From Candidatus Levyibacteriota bacterium (GTDB lineage Bacteria > Patescibacteriota > Microgenomatia > Levybacterales > UBA12049), in NCBI GenBank assembly GCA_016186645.1, contig JACPLF010000010.1, positions 10,269 to 74,268 on the forward strand: 64,000 nt of DNA, written 5' to 3'. A program made the translations under genes and the position numbers. Position 1 is the first letter of the stretch. Every line of letters begins with the position of its first letter. This document shows positions 8,422-17,734 of this stretch, one piece after another. Under the pieces are notes generated by a model that was not told the origin of the DNA, ran no database searches, and saw only the letters and a program-made list of their open reading frames with translations.

Positions 8422-9274
8422 GACAACATGGCGCAACATAAGACGTTCTCCATATCAGGCTTTTGCTGCGATATTTGTCATGACTCTTACTTTTCTATTC
8501 ATATCTTTTTTTACTTTTCTTTTGTATGGTTCATCAAAAGCAATTAGCTACTTTGAGTCTCGTCCTCAAGTAACAGCGTTTTTCAAAAATGAAGTAAAGC
8601 AAGCAGATATAGATAATCTAAAAAATGAATTAAATGCGACCAATAAAGTTGCAGAAATAAAGTTTGTTTCTAAAGAGGATGCTCTTAAAATCTATAGAGA
8701 GCAGAATAAAAGTGATCCTTTACTTTTGGAATTAGTCACTGCAGATATTCTCCCTGCATCCTTGGAAATTTCCACTATAAAAATTGAAGACCTGTCTGAA
8801 ATAAATAATAAGCTTAAAGACTCCCCATTGGTTTCTGAGGTAGTTTTTCAAAAAGACGTAGTTTCTGTTTTGACTTCCTGGACAAATGCGCTTAGAACTA
8901 TTGGATTGGGACTAATAATTGTCCTCTCTTTGGTTTCTATTTTCATCATGGTGATTATTATAGGAATAAAAATATCTCAGAAAAAACAAGACATAGAGAT
9001 AATGAGGCTTATCGGTGCCGGAGGCTGGTATATCAGATGGCCTTTTATGCTTGAGGGGATTTTTTATGGAACTTTCGGAGCATTGTTAGGTTGGATGATC
9101 TCAACAGGAGCCTTGTGGTATGCAACACCGTTTTTGTCCTCCTTTCTTAAAGGAATTCCAATTTTTCCTCTGCCTCTGGTTTTCATATTTGGTTTGCTGG
9201 GAATAGAGATAGCGGTTGCTGTAGTTTTGGGAACTCTTTCGAGTTTCTTGGCAGTATTGAGATATCTTAAATAA
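8408..9274 (+). CDS. ftsX: Cell-division permease-like protein FtsX
   Basis: FtsX topology: N-terminal TM, large extracytoplasmic loop, three C-terminal TMs. Overlaps ftsE stop by 14 nt. Confidence 0.8.
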   Translation: MKTFKTTWRNIRRSPYQAFAAIFVMTLTFLFISFFTFLLYGSSKAISYFESRPQVTAFFKNEVKQADIDNLKNELNATNKVAEIKFVSKEDALKIYREQNKSDPLLLELVTADILPASLEISTIKIEDLSEINNKLKDSPLVSEVVFQKDVVSVLTSWTNALRTIGLGLIIVLSLVSIFIMVIIIGIKISQKKQDIEIMRLIGAGGWYIRWPFMLEGIFYGTFGALLGWMISTGALWYATPFLSSFLKGIPIFPLPLVFIFGLLGIEIAVAVVLGTLSSFLAVLRYLK

Positions 9275-9282
9275 TATGTTTT

Positions 9283-10449
9283 ATGGTAAAAAAAATACTG
9301 TTTGCACTTTTTCTTCTTGGAATATTAGTTTTCTTTAGCCCCTCAATAATTGTTCGTGCTGCAGAGTGCGATGACAAAGCTGGTCAAGAAAAAGTTGATT
9401 GTTTGCAAAATAAAGTTAATGACCTAAAAGGTCAGACCAAAACCCTCTCCTCGCAAATCTCCATAATGGATAGCCAGATTAGATTAACAGAAGCAAGGAT
9501 AGAAGCAAATGAAAGAGATATATTGGATTTAACATTGGATATAGATACCACAACTAAAAAAATAATTACCCTTCAAGATTCTTTGGAAAAAATTGCAGAA
9601 GTATTAATAAATAGAGTTGTCGCAACATATCAGGCAGGAAGAGTGCATCCATTGGAAATACTTCTATCATCTTCCAATGCCTCTAATTTGTTAACAAGAC
9701 TTAACTATCTAAGAATTGCACGAGACCATGACAAACAACTTATGATAGATGTCCAGCAAGCAAAAAATGATTATGCAAATCAAAAAGAAATTTTCGAAGC
9801 AAAGAAGAAAAAAATTGAAACGCTTAAATTGCAGCTTGAAGCATACAATAAAAATTTAGCGCAACAAAAAGTTGCAAAACAGCAGCTTCTTATCGCAACG
9901 CAAGCTGATGAGACAACTTACCAACAGCTTCTTGCGCAAGCTAAAGCTGAACAGGCTGTAGTTTTTGGTGGAGGAGTAGATTCATATCTGCGAGATGTTA
10001 ATCAAGGTGATGCTATTGGCTTTATTGCTTCCCATGGTGTTAGTCCTGGGTGTTCATCGGGAGCTCACTTGCATTTCGAAGTTCAGAAAGATGGCTCAGT
10101 CCAAAATCCTAATAATTATTTAAAATCAGCTAATTTTTCATACGATTACGGGTCTGATAGCTACAGTTACTATGGAACAGTTAATCCTTCAGGAGACTTA
10201 CCATGGCCGTTGAATGACCCATTGATTGTTCATCAGGGGTATGGTTCTCACGGATTTGCCCAAAACTTCTATTCAGGCGGCGTCCACACTGGATTTGATC
10301 TGGATTCCGGATCATCAACAGTAAAAGCCGTAAAATCGGGAAAACTTTATGGAGGATCATATAATTGTTCTAACGGAAAACTTTATTATGCAAAAGTTAT
10401 CCATGACAGCGGATTGGTTACTTGGTATTTACATACGGTAGCAAATTAA
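9283..10449 (+). CDS. Coiled-coil M23/LytM-family peptidase (EnvC-like partner of FtsEX)
   Basis: N-terminal signal/TM, long coiled-coil, then M23 motifs (GAHLHFEVQKDG; later HTGFDLD ... WYLH). Sits directly after ftsEX. Confidence 0.75.
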   Translation: MVKKILFALFLLGILVFFSPSIIVRAAECDDKAGQEKVDCLQNKVNDLKGQTKTLSSQISIMDSQIRLTEARIEANERDILDLTLDIDTTTKKIITLQDSLEKIAEVLINRVVATYQAGRVHPLEILLSSSNASNLLTRLNYLRIARDHDKQLMIDVQQAKNDYANQKEIFEAKKKKIETLKLQLEAYNKNLAQQKVAKQQLLIATQADETTYQQLLAQAKAEQAVVFGGGVDSYLRDVNQGDAIGFIASHGVSPGCSSGAHLHFEVQKDGSVQNPNNYLKSANFSYDYGSDSYSYYGTVNPSGDLPWPLNDPLIVHQGYGSHGFAQNFYSGGVHTGFDLDSGSSTVKAVKSGKLYGGSYNCSNGKLYYAKVIHDSGLVTWYLHTVAN

Positions 10450-10458
10450 AATTGACAG

Positions 10459-11331
10459 ATGAAGGCAGTAATTGCCCTTATTGCGTTTTTATTTTTTCTG
10501 CATTTTGTCAGACCTGCTTTAGCTGTAGAACTTTTATCTGATGGATTTGAAAGCGGTATTGGGTCCTGGTCATCGTCTGGAGGAGGAGCAACAGCTACTA
10601 TTTCAGCAGAATTAGCAAGAACTGGAATCTATTCTTTAAAAGTTCAACATGATAAAACTTCTTCTTATGGTTTTCAAAAAACTATTTCCAATACGGAAGG
10701 AGGAATGTTTTATAGAGCATCCGGGTATGGAAAAACAACAGATGTGAATGTTGCCAGCTATTTTATTCGTATTGCGTGGTACGCAAGTACAGATGGGTCT
10801 GGTTCTCAACTATCATCCCCTAACGATAGTAATTCTTCAACAACTATAAATGGGGATTGGGTTCTCTTGACAATAGATTCTATTCAAGCTCCATCAACCG
10901 CTAATTCTGCGAAGGTTCGTCTCGTTTTAACTTCAGTATCATCTGGGCAAACAGCCTATGTGTATTTCGATGATATTCTTTTTGAAGAATCAATTGCTCC
11001 AACTTCGACTCCTACCCCAACACCTTCACCCACCAATACTCCAACCCCAACCAAAACACCCACTCCATCACCAACTCATAGTCCAACTCCCACCCTAACC
11101 CCGAAACCATCGACAGCATCTTTGTCCGGAGAAATTCTGCCAACTGCAGTTTTAGGAGAAAGTATCGAAAGTGACTTAGTTGGGAAAAATGTCTTGATAT
11201 CTAACAAATCTAAAAATCCAAATGCAAACTTTCAAAAAATGTCCATTGCCATTGGAGGGATATTTTTAATTGCGTGTGCTATACTGTTTTTCCGATTTTA
11301 TCTTAAAAACAAAAAGCAACAGGAAGTCTGA
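10459..11331 (+). CDS. Secreted/surface protein with Thr-Pro-rich linker and C-terminal membrane anchor
   Basis: Signal peptide MKAVIALIAFLFFLHFVRPALA. Linker PTSTPTPTPSPTNTPTPTKTPTPSPTHSPTPTLTPKPS. C-terminal TM plus basic tail (IGGIFLIACAILFFRFYLKNKKQQEV). No canonical LPXTG. Confidence 0.5.
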   Translation: MKAVIALIAFLFFLHFVRPALAVELLSDGFESGIGSWSSSGGGATATISAELARTGIYSLKVQHDKTSSYGFQKTISNTEGGMFYRASGYGKTTDVNVASYFIRIAWYASTDGSGSQLSSPNDSNSSTTINGDWVLLTIDSIQAPSTANSAKVRLVLTSVSSGQTAYVYFDDILFEESIAPTSTPTPTPSPTNTPTPTKTPTPSPTHSPTPTLTPKPSTASLSGEILPTAVLGESIESDLVGKNVLISNKSKNPNANFQKMSIAIGGIFLIACAILFFRFYLKNKKQQEV

Positions 11332-11340
11332 AAAACTCTA

Positions 11341-11796
11341 ATGATACATATCATTAGAGTGGATGATATGAAGATTAAGGAAAAAGTTTTTATTACAAAA
11401 AATTCTCAGGAGACGAAAAAATTGGGTCGTGATTTTGCAAAGACATTAAAAAAAGGGGATGTTGTTTGTTTGTACGGAGATCTGGGATCTGGTAAAACAA
11501 CTTTTACTCAAGGTCTCGCTGAAGGGTTAGGAATTAAAGAAAAAATAATTTCTCCAACTTTTCTAATTATTAGAACTTATCCGCCGAAAAATTTTTACCA
11601 TGTTGATTTATATAGAGTTGCAAACAATAATCTACAGGAATTAGGATTACAAGAAATCTTAAAAGATCCTTCAAATATTACTGCAATTGAGTGGGCGCAG
11701 AACTTGAAAGAAGAATTGCCCAAAAAAAGGATAGATATTATCTTTTCTCATGAAAAAGAAAATACAAGAAGAATTACGTTTAGTTTGACAACATAA
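11341..11796 (+). CDS. tsaE: tRNA threonylcarbamoyladenosine biosynthesis protein TsaE (YjeE)
   Basis: P-loop LYGDLGSGKTTFTQGLAEGLGI...SPTF. Alternative start at M10 (11368). Confidence 0.75.
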   Translation: MIHIIRVDDMKIKEKVFITKNSQETKKLGRDFAKTLKKGDVVCLYGDLGSGKTTFTQGLAEGLGIKEKIISPTFLIIRTYPPKNFYHVDLYRVANNNLQELGLQEILKDPSNITAIEWAQNLKEELPKKRIDIIFSHEKENTRRITFSLTT

Positions 11797-11803
11797 TCTT
11801 TGT

Positions 11804-12022
11804 GTGGTATACATTGTTCGCTGGGACAACATGAATTACACAATTGAGACTAACCTGCTTAATGTAAAAGAAGTATCTAGTATTTTAAAATTAAGCGTCT
11901 TGACAGTTTATAGATATATTTCAGAAAAAAAACTTAAAGCAATACAATTTGGAGGACGGTATCTCATAAAAAAATCTTCTCTAGATCAATTCGTTAAGGA
12001 AAGAAAAACAAAAAGCTCCTAA
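11804..12022 (+). CDS. Small helix-turn-helix protein (excisionase/MerR-like HTH_17)
   Basis: VKEVSSILKLSVLTVYRYISEKKLKAIQFGGRYLI resembles the Xis-type HTH. Confidence 0.5.
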   Translation: MVYIVRWDNMNYTIETNLLNVKEVSSILKLSVLTVYRYISEKKLKAIQFGGRYLIKKSSLDQFVKERKTKSS

Positions 12023-12049
12023 TTTTCCTCAATCAGATATAATTAGCGT

Positions 12050-12961
12050 ATGGAAAAAGAAATTGAAAAGGCTATAGAAATTTTAAAAAATGGAGGAATA
12101 GTTATTTTCCCAACAGATACAGCAATCGGAATCGGCTGCAGAATTGATAATCAAAAGGCAGTTGAAGAATTATTTAAAATTCGCAAAAGGCCAAAAACCA
12201 AAGCTGTCCCTGTTTTGTTTAGCAGTATAGACATGGTGAGAAAATATGTTAAGGAAATTCCGCAAGATGCAGAAAAATTAATGCAAAAATATTGGCCGGG
12301 AGCACTTACTTTAATACTGTATTGTAATAAGGTGAAGGTGCCATCGCTGGTTCGGGGAGGGGGACAAACTTTAGGAGTAAGAATTCCCAATAATAAAATT
12401 ATTAAAACAATTATTGCTCAAGTTGGTATGCCAATTTTAGGTCCATCAGCAAATTTTTCTGGTGAAAAAACTCCTTTTACATTTGGAGAATTAAATCCAA
12501 AGCTTGTAAGTTTAGCGGATTACGTTTTAAATGTGAAAGTAAATTCTGAAAGCAATGTTTCGACTATAATTGATTGTACAATTGAGCCTTGGAAAATTAT
12601 AAGAGAAGGAGCAGTAAAAGTTCAAAGTTCAAAGTTCAAAGTTCAAAGTTGTGTTTTGTTAATAGATACTGCGGATAGTAAACAAATTACGGTAGGATTA
12701 AGAATTGATGGTCAAAAGTATATCAATACAAAAGAAATAAAATCTAATAAGACACAAGTCATTCTTCCCATGATTGATGAAATATTGAAAAAACACTCAT
12801 TAAAGCCAGAAGATATTTGCGAAATACAGATTAATGCCGGACCCGGATCGTTCACGGGCATAAGGGTGGGACTTGCCATAGCAAATACCTTGTCTTTCGT
12901 ACTCAAAATCCCAATTAATGGGAAAAAAGTAGGTCAAATAATTTTACCAATTTATAAGTGA
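12050..12961 (+). CDS. tsaC: L-threonylcarbamoyladenylate synthase TsaC (YrdC domain) fused to a truncated TsaB (YeaZ) N-terminal domain
   Basis: YrdC: GGIVIFPTDTAIGIGC. After a heptamer-repeat-encoded linker (VQSSKFKVQS) comes TsaB-like CVLLIDTADSKQITVGL...AGPGSFTGIRVGLAIA. Confidence 0.65.
   Translation: MEKEIEKAIEILKNGGIVIFPTDTAIGIGCRIDNQKAVEELFKIRKRPKTKAVPVLFSSIDMVRKYVKEIPQDAEKLMQKYWPGALTLILYCNKVKVPSLVRGGGQTLGVRIPNNKIIKTIIAQVGMPILGPSANFSGEKTPFTFGELNPKLVSLADYVLNVKVNSESNVSTIIDCTIEPWKIIREGAVKVQSSKFKVQSCVLLIDTADSKQITVGLRIDGQKYINTKEIKSNKTQVILPMIDEILKKHSLKPEDICEIQINAGPGSFTGIRVGLAIANTLSFVLKIPINGKKVGQIILPIYK
12620..12650. repeat. Heptamer tandem repeat (GTTCAAA)x4 inside the tsaC::tsaB ORF at the domain junction
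   Basis: gttcaaagttcaaagttcaaagttcaaagtt, read directly. Confidence 0.85.
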
Positions 12962-12974
12962 TATAATCAAAGTA

Positions 12975-13823
12975 ATGAAAGATTTTCTGTCTCATCTTTT
13001 CACGCCACGTGAATCCAATAATCATAGGGCAAAAATCTTACACCATACAAATTTGTTTTTAACTATAATATTCCTTCTTCTCTCAAGCCTTCTGATACAG
13101 AGAATAAAGGTAAATTTTCCCTCAGTTCTAGGAATAAAAGCAGATATTTCCGCTGAAGAGCTTCTTTCTTTGACCAATAAAGAAAGACAGAGTGCCGGCG
13201 TTGGTTCCCTAGTCTTGAATGAGAAACTTTCTCAGGCTGCTTTGAAAAAGGCAGACGATATGTTTGAATATAATTATTGGGCACACAGCTCGCCGACTGG
13301 TAAAACTCCCTGGATTTTTATTACAGCCTCAGGATATAAATATGTTTATGCAGGTGAAAATTTGGCAAGAGGATTTTCCAATGCGGAAGATGCGGTGAAG
13401 GCATGGATGGCAAGTCCAGACCACAGAAACAATATGCTCTCGTCAAACTATCAGGATGTGGGATTTGCAGTAAAAATCGGAAAATTAAATGATGAAGAGA
13501 CAGTTTTGATAGTAGAAGAGCTTGGTAGTCTCAACATGCCTATATCTCAAAGTAAAGTTGCCCAAGTTGCAACAGCAGTAGCTCCAGTTGAAAATACGAA
13601 TGTCGGAACAGTTCAGAGGCAACCCCTAGTAAACAGCCAGTCTTTGTCTTCAAACATTTATGTTATCATTATTTCTGTACTTATCTTTGCCCTTCTATTG
13701 GATATGATTATTATAGAGAAAAAGAAAGTCATGCGTTTTGTCGGACACAACATTGATCACATACTGTATCTGCTATTAGTGTTAGTCTTAATTGGCATAT
13801 GGGGTAAGGGGGTTATCATCTAA
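12975..13823 (+). CDS. CAP/SCP (YkwD-like) domain protein with N- and C-terminal membrane segments
   Basis: LTNKERQSAGVGSLVLNEKL...YWAHSSPTG...GENLARGF...WMASPDHRNNML matches the bacterial SCP-like extracellular domain. Confidence 0.65.
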   Translation: MKDFLSHLFTPRESNNHRAKILHHTNLFLTIIFLLLSSLLIQRIKVNFPSVLGIKADISAEELLSLTNKERQSAGVGSLVLNEKLSQAALKKADDMFEYNYWAHSSPTGKTPWIFITASGYKYVYAGENLARGFSNAEDAVKAWMASPDHRNNMLSSNYQDVGFAVKIGKLNDEETVLIVEELGSLNMPISQSKVAQVATAVAPVENTNVGTVQRQPLVNSQSLSSNIYVIIISVLIFALLLDMIIIEKKKVMRFVGHNIDHILYLLLVLVLIGIWGKGVII

Positions 13824-14092
13824 TGCTTACTAAATTTTACAAACACAGCCTATACTATGTTTTCCTTGTTGTTATTTTATCTCTTGGTTTTTTGCTGACA
13901 CAGAATAATTCCAATAAGACTTTCCAAATAGGAGTGGTAGTTGTAACTACTTTTTTCTATGTTCTCTGGGGCATAATGCATCATTTGATAAATCACGACC
14001 TAAGTATAAAAATTGTGATAGAATATATACTCATTGGTTCTTTTGGGTTAGCAATTATATTTTTTCTTTTGGCAACAAGTGGAAATTATTAG
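13823..14092 (+). CDS. Small hydrophobic membrane protein (about 3 TM)
   Basis: 89 aa, three hydrophobic stretches. Start overlaps the previous stop (ATGA). Confidence 0.35.
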   Translation: MLTKFYKHSLYYVFLVVILSLGFLLTQNNSNKTFQIGVVVVTTFFYVLWGIMHHLINHDLSIKIVIEYILIGSFGLAIIFFLLATSGNY

Positions 14093-14095
14093 TTT

Positions 14096-14824
14096 ATGAA
14101 AGGTGTAATTTTAGCAGGAGGGCTCGGGACAAGGCTCTATCCCTTAACTCATGTAACCAATAAACATCTTCTTCCGGTTTATAATAAACCGATGATTTTC
14201 TATCCTATTCAAACTCTGGTTAACGCTGGGGTAACAGATATCTTAATTGTAACGAGTGGCCCTCATGTTGGCCATTTCTTAGGGGTTTTAAAAAATGGAA
14301 AAGAATTGGGCGCTACCCATTTGGAATATGCCTATCAAGAAAAGCCGGATGGGGGTATCGCCGACGCACTTTCTCTTGCACAAGATTTTGCAGACAAAGA
14401 TTCAATTGCGGTTATTTTGGGAGACAATACAACAGATGCGGATATTTCAGAGCCAGTTAAAAGATTTAAGGATGGCGCAGTGGTTTTTCTTAAAAAAGTT
14501 CCAGATCTAAAGCGTTTTGGAGTGCCTGAATTTGATCCGAAAAATCCTAAAAACATAATCGAAATTGAAGAAAAACCGGCAAATCCTAAATCTGAATATG
14601 CGGTTACCGGTGTTTATCTTTATGACAATAATGTTTTTGATTATATTAAAAAATGCGATCCCAACTTTGCTGGACGTGGAGAATTGGAAATTACGGAAGT
14701 AAATAATTTTTATATTAAAGCAAAAAAACTTAGTTGGGAAGAATTAAATGGACACTGGAGTGACGCAGGTACATTTGACAGCCTTTTTATGGCCAATGAT
14801 TATTGGGCAACACAAAAAAAATGA
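14096..14824 (+). CDS. Sugar-phosphate nucleotidyltransferase (RmlA-like glucose-1-phosphate thymidylyltransferase, short form)
   Basis: MKGVILAGGLGTRLYPLTHVTNKHLLPVYNKPMIFYPI is the G-x-G-T-R nucleotidyltransferase signature. 242 aa, shorter than canonical RmlA. Confidence 0.7.
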   Translation: MKGVILAGGLGTRLYPLTHVTNKHLLPVYNKPMIFYPIQTLVNAGVTDILIVTSGPHVGHFLGVLKNGKELGATHLEYAYQEKPDGGIADALSLAQDFADKDSIAVILGDNTTDADISEPVKRFKDGAVVFLKKVPDLKRFGVPEFDPKNPKNIIEIEEKPANPKSEYAVTGVYLYDNNVFDYIKKCDPNFAGRGELEITEVNNFYIKAKKLSWEELNGHWSDAGTFDSLFMANDYWATQKK

Positions 14825-15363
14825 GCCGATGGAAAGTTATTTCTCAAAGAACTATTTTTAAGGCAAAGCTTTTCAATCTTAAGGAAATAGAATTTGAGAC
14901 CAAAAATAAAAAAAAGAAAATACATCATCAAGCCGAACGTGTGCCAATCGTCTCTATTTTTCCCCTAACAGATTCATACGAAATCTATTTAATTTCAGAG
15001 TACAGGTATATGTTGGGAAAAACTATTATTGAAGCTGTAGCAGGGCATATAGAAAAAGGAGAAACAACTATTGCTGCGGCAAAAAGAGAGCTTAAAGAAG
15101 AAGCAGGAATTACTTCTCATCAACTTGAAGAAATCGCAAGGGTAGAAATGTCAGGAAGTGTTTTTAAAAGTAAATCTCATCTTTTTCTGGCAAAAGGTTT
15201 AGAAATTGGAGATAATAAGCCTGAGGATGATGAGGAGATCTCAGTTGTTAAAATGCCCCTAAGCGAAGCTGTTGCAAAAGTTATGAATGGGGAGATCAAT
15301 CATTCAACAAGTATGATAGGAATACTAATTCTAGACAAGTTAAGGATGCAGCAAAAGTTATGA
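14821..15363 (+). CDS. NUDIX hydrolase
   Basis: Nudix box GHIEKGETTIAAAKRELKEEAGI. Start set at MSRWK (14821). Confidence 0.7.
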   Translation: MSRWKVISQRTIFKAKLFNLKEIEFETKNKKKKIHHQAERVPIVSIFPLTDSYEIYLISEYRYMLGKTIIEAVAGHIEKGETTIAAAKRELKEEAGITSHQLEEIARVEMSGSVFKSKSHLFLAKGLEIGDNKPEDDEEISVVKMPLSEAVAKVMNGEINHSTSMIGILILDKLRMQQKL

Positions 15364-16370
15364 AACTGTTGGTAACAGGTGGTGCAGGATTTATAGGCTC
15401 AAATTTTATTCTTTACTGGATGAAAAAATACCCTCAGGATCAGATTGTAAACTTGGATAGCCTTACTTATGCTGGTAACCTAGAGAATCTTAAGGAAATT
15501 GAGAAAAATCCCAACTACAGTTTTATTCATGGAGATATTTGTGATTTAGACGTTGTTGAAAGATCCATGGTGGGAGTTGATTGGGTTGTCCATTTTGCTG
15601 CAGAAAGCCATGTGGATCGTTCTATCAAAGAGCCGTCACCTTTTGTTATGACAAATGTGATAGGAACACATTTCCTTTTAGATGCGTCCTTAAAGAATAG
15701 AGTAAAAAAATTCCACCATATTTCAACTGATGAAGTCTATGGAAGCCTTAATCTTTCTGATCAGAGTAAGTTTAATGAACGAACAAATTACAATCCCAGA
15801 AGCCCTTATTCAGCAAGTAAAGCAGGCTCAGACCATTTGGTAAGGGCATATAATAAAACTTATGGGTTACCAATTACTATAACGAATTGTTCAAATAATT
15901 TTGGACCATATCAATTTCCGGAAAAGTTTATTCCACTGGCAATAACTAACATTTTAGAGAATAAAAAGGTCCCAGTTTACGGAGACGGCTTATATGTAAG
16001 GGATTGGCTTTATGTTCTTGACCATTGTCATGCCATAGATTTAGTTTTAAATAAAGGCAAAGTTGGTGAAACATATTTGGTTGGAGGAATGACCAATGAT
16101 ATTTCTAATCTTGAGGTTATTAAAAAAATATTAAAAATAATGGGAAAAGATGAGGGTTTTATAGAGCACGTTAAAGATAGACTTGGGCATGACCGCCGCT
16201 ATGCAGTTGACTGGTCAAAAATAAAAAATGAATTGGGATGGAGACCGCTTCACAATTTTGACGAATGGCTTGAAAAAACTGTTGAATGGTACAAAGCAAA
16301 TGAGAAGTGGTGGAAAGATGTTAAAACAGGCGCATATCAAGAATACTACAAAGAGCAATATGGATCGTAG
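15360..16370 (+). CDS. rmlB: dTDP-glucose 4,6-dehydratase
   Basis: MKLLVTGGAGFIGSNF, YSASKAGSDHLVRAY (YxxxK), extended SDR, 336 aa. Confidence 0.9.
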   Translation: MKLLVTGGAGFIGSNFILYWMKKYPQDQIVNLDSLTYAGNLENLKEIEKNPNYSFIHGDICDLDVVERSMVGVDWVVHFAAESHVDRSIKEPSPFVMTNVIGTHFLLDASLKNRVKKFHHISTDEVYGSLNLSDQSKFNERTNYNPRSPYSASKAGSDHLVRAYNKTYGLPITITNCSNNFGPYQFPEKFIPLAITNILENKKVPVYGDGLYVRDWLYVLDHCHAIDLVLNKGKVGETYLVGGMTNDISNLEVIKKILKIMGKDEGFIEHVKDRLGHDRRYAVDWSKIKNELGWRPLHNFDEWLEKTVEWYKANEKWWKDVKTGAYQEYYKEQYGS

Positions 16371-16434
16371 AAGGCAACAGGTTAAAAAACTTTGCATTTT
16401 TGATAGACATTTGAGATAATGCTAAAATTAATCT

Positions 16435-17046
16435 ATGCAGTCCGAACATGGGTCATCTGTTCATGAATCGAAGCCTGAAAGAGGATCATTTTCTCCAGAA
16501 GTTGTTAGGAGATTAAAGCAAGAAGGTTATCAAATTTTTACTTTGGACGGCGATTCACTGAGGATTTTGCAAGAAAAAAGAAAAATATCAAGTTCATATG
16601 CTGCTGACTATTTTAATATCAATGATGGGCATTCAGAGCTAAGGCAAATTGCAATTCTGCCGAATCAATTATTTTTGCCCGTTTTGCCAGTAAAAGAAGT
16701 ATATAAACCAGGTTCATTTCCACATATTCCTAGAAAAACTTTTCAACAGCAAGAAAAGGATGTAGAAGAGTATTCCAGACGTTTCTCTAAAACAATTGGA
16801 GGTACGAAGGCTATCATTGGTCAGATTTCCGATTATGCTGCAATTGCGTCTCTATATCTTGAGGAATCTGAGAATTATATTTTTGATGCGTTTCTTTATG
16901 TCCAAGATAGATCTCCTAAGGGGGATAATCTTTTGGCTTTTGTTGGTAGACATATGGCTGGAATAGGTGTGAGCGTGTATCAATGGGATGCTCATTTAGA
17001 CGGAAATCGACAGCCTAAAGTTGCTCCACTTATAATTCCTGCTTAG
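16435..17046 (+). CDS. Hypothetical protein (no recognised motif), own promoter with extended -10 (TGAGATAAT)
   Basis: 203 aa ORF; TTGCAT ... TGAGATAATG upstream. Lies between rmlB and the TrpR-like cassette. Confidence 0.45.
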   Translation: MQSEHGSSVHESKPERGSFSPEVVRRLKQEGYQIFTLDGDSLRILQEKRKISSSYAADYFNINDGHSELRQIAILPNQLFLPVLPVKEVYKPGSFPHIPRKTFQQQEKDVEEYSRRFSKTIGGTKAIIGQISDYAAIASLYLEESENYIFDAFLYVQDRSPKGDNLLAFVGRHMAGIGVSVYQWDAHLDGNRQPKVAPLIIPA

Positions 17047-17110
17047 TTTTATTTTGTTTCAAAAGAACTATTTCTGATTTTTCAAGCTTAAGAGATGGTG
17101 TAATGATTAA

Positions 17111-17132
17111 GTGAAGATTTTGGGAACGGGAT
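17111..17132. repeat. Degenerate duplicate of the rmlD 5' end (GTGAAGATTTTGGGAACGGGAT vs ATGAAGATTTTGGGGACGGGAT at 17956-17977)
   Basis: 20/22 identical; similarity extends about 10 bp further upstream. The upstream copy reads V-K-I-L-G-T-G-stop. Confidence 0.7.
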
Positions 17133-17136
17133 AAAA

Positions 17137-17160
17137 TTCAACAGTTTGAATCATTGAACC
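17137..17160. repeat. 24-bp direct repeat TTCAACAGTTTGAATCATTGAACC (copy 1; copy 2 at 17638-17661), imperfect palindrome with TTCAA/TTGAA arms
   Basis: Exact 24/24 identity; the two copies immediately bracket the TrpR-like gene 17169..17642. Confidence 0.85.
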
Positions 17161-17168
17161 GATAGATA

Positions 17169-17642
17169 TCAAAACTTCTCTCTTTTGAGTTTTCTCCTAA
17201 GCAATTCTTTTCCTTTTTTACTTTTCCTTTCAAATCCTATGCTTTCAAATCGCTTTGGCGGAGATAGTCTTATTAATATTTCTTCTATGTTGTCAATTAA
17301 CGCTTGTTTACTTTGCGCTCTCAATATATTCTCAACGACTTTTCTATAGCCGCCTTTTCCATGTTTTAGCCAGAGCGAAACATTCATGATGGTTGCACGG
17401 GAGACTTTTAATGTGTGGTCAATATACTCGTAAGTTTTACCCTTGGTCAACAATACCGCTATTGCCAGGCGTTTTATGAGCATAATTTTTTCTGCAGGAG
17501 AAAGTAAGTCTTCAATAAAATTTTTTGCCTCAACGGGAGTTTTTATATCGACAACTGTTTTTAAAAAAACCTCAAAGATAGTATTTTCTAATTCCTTGTC
17601 AAGAAATCTTCTGGAAATTTTTGACATCTTACAATAGTTCAA
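17169..17642 (-). CDS. TrpR/YerC/YecD-family HTH DNA-binding protein with basic C-terminal tail
   Basis: LLSPAEKIMLIKRLAIAVLLTKGKTYEYIDHTLKVSRATIMNV matches the TrpR_YerC-type helix-turn-helix. Paralog of 31856..32266. Confidence 0.55.
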   Translation of the reverse strand: MNYCKMSKISRRFLDKELENTIFEVFLKTVVDIKTPVEAKNFIEDLLSPAEKIMLIKRLAIAVLLTKGKTYEYIDHTLKVSRATIMNVSLWLKHGKGGYRKVVENILRAQSKQALIDNIEEILIRLSPPKRFESIGFERKSKKGKELLRRKLKREKF

Positions 17643-17661
17643 CAGTTTGAATCATTGAACC
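17638..17661. repeat. 24-bp direct repeat copy 2 (overlaps the start codon of the TrpR-like gene)
   Basis: Identical to 17137-17160. Confidence 0.85.
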
Positions 17662-17734
17662 ATTATCAGCATAGTTCAGATAGTTAAATTTGTCAAATAT
17701 TAAAGTATTAAATGTTGTGAAATAATTTATCCGC

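Noticed and set aside
10459-11331. Possible sortase substrate (C-terminal TM plus basic tail)
   Set aside because: No LPXTG-like motif immediately before the hydrophobic segment; ILPTAVL is not a recognised sorting signal.
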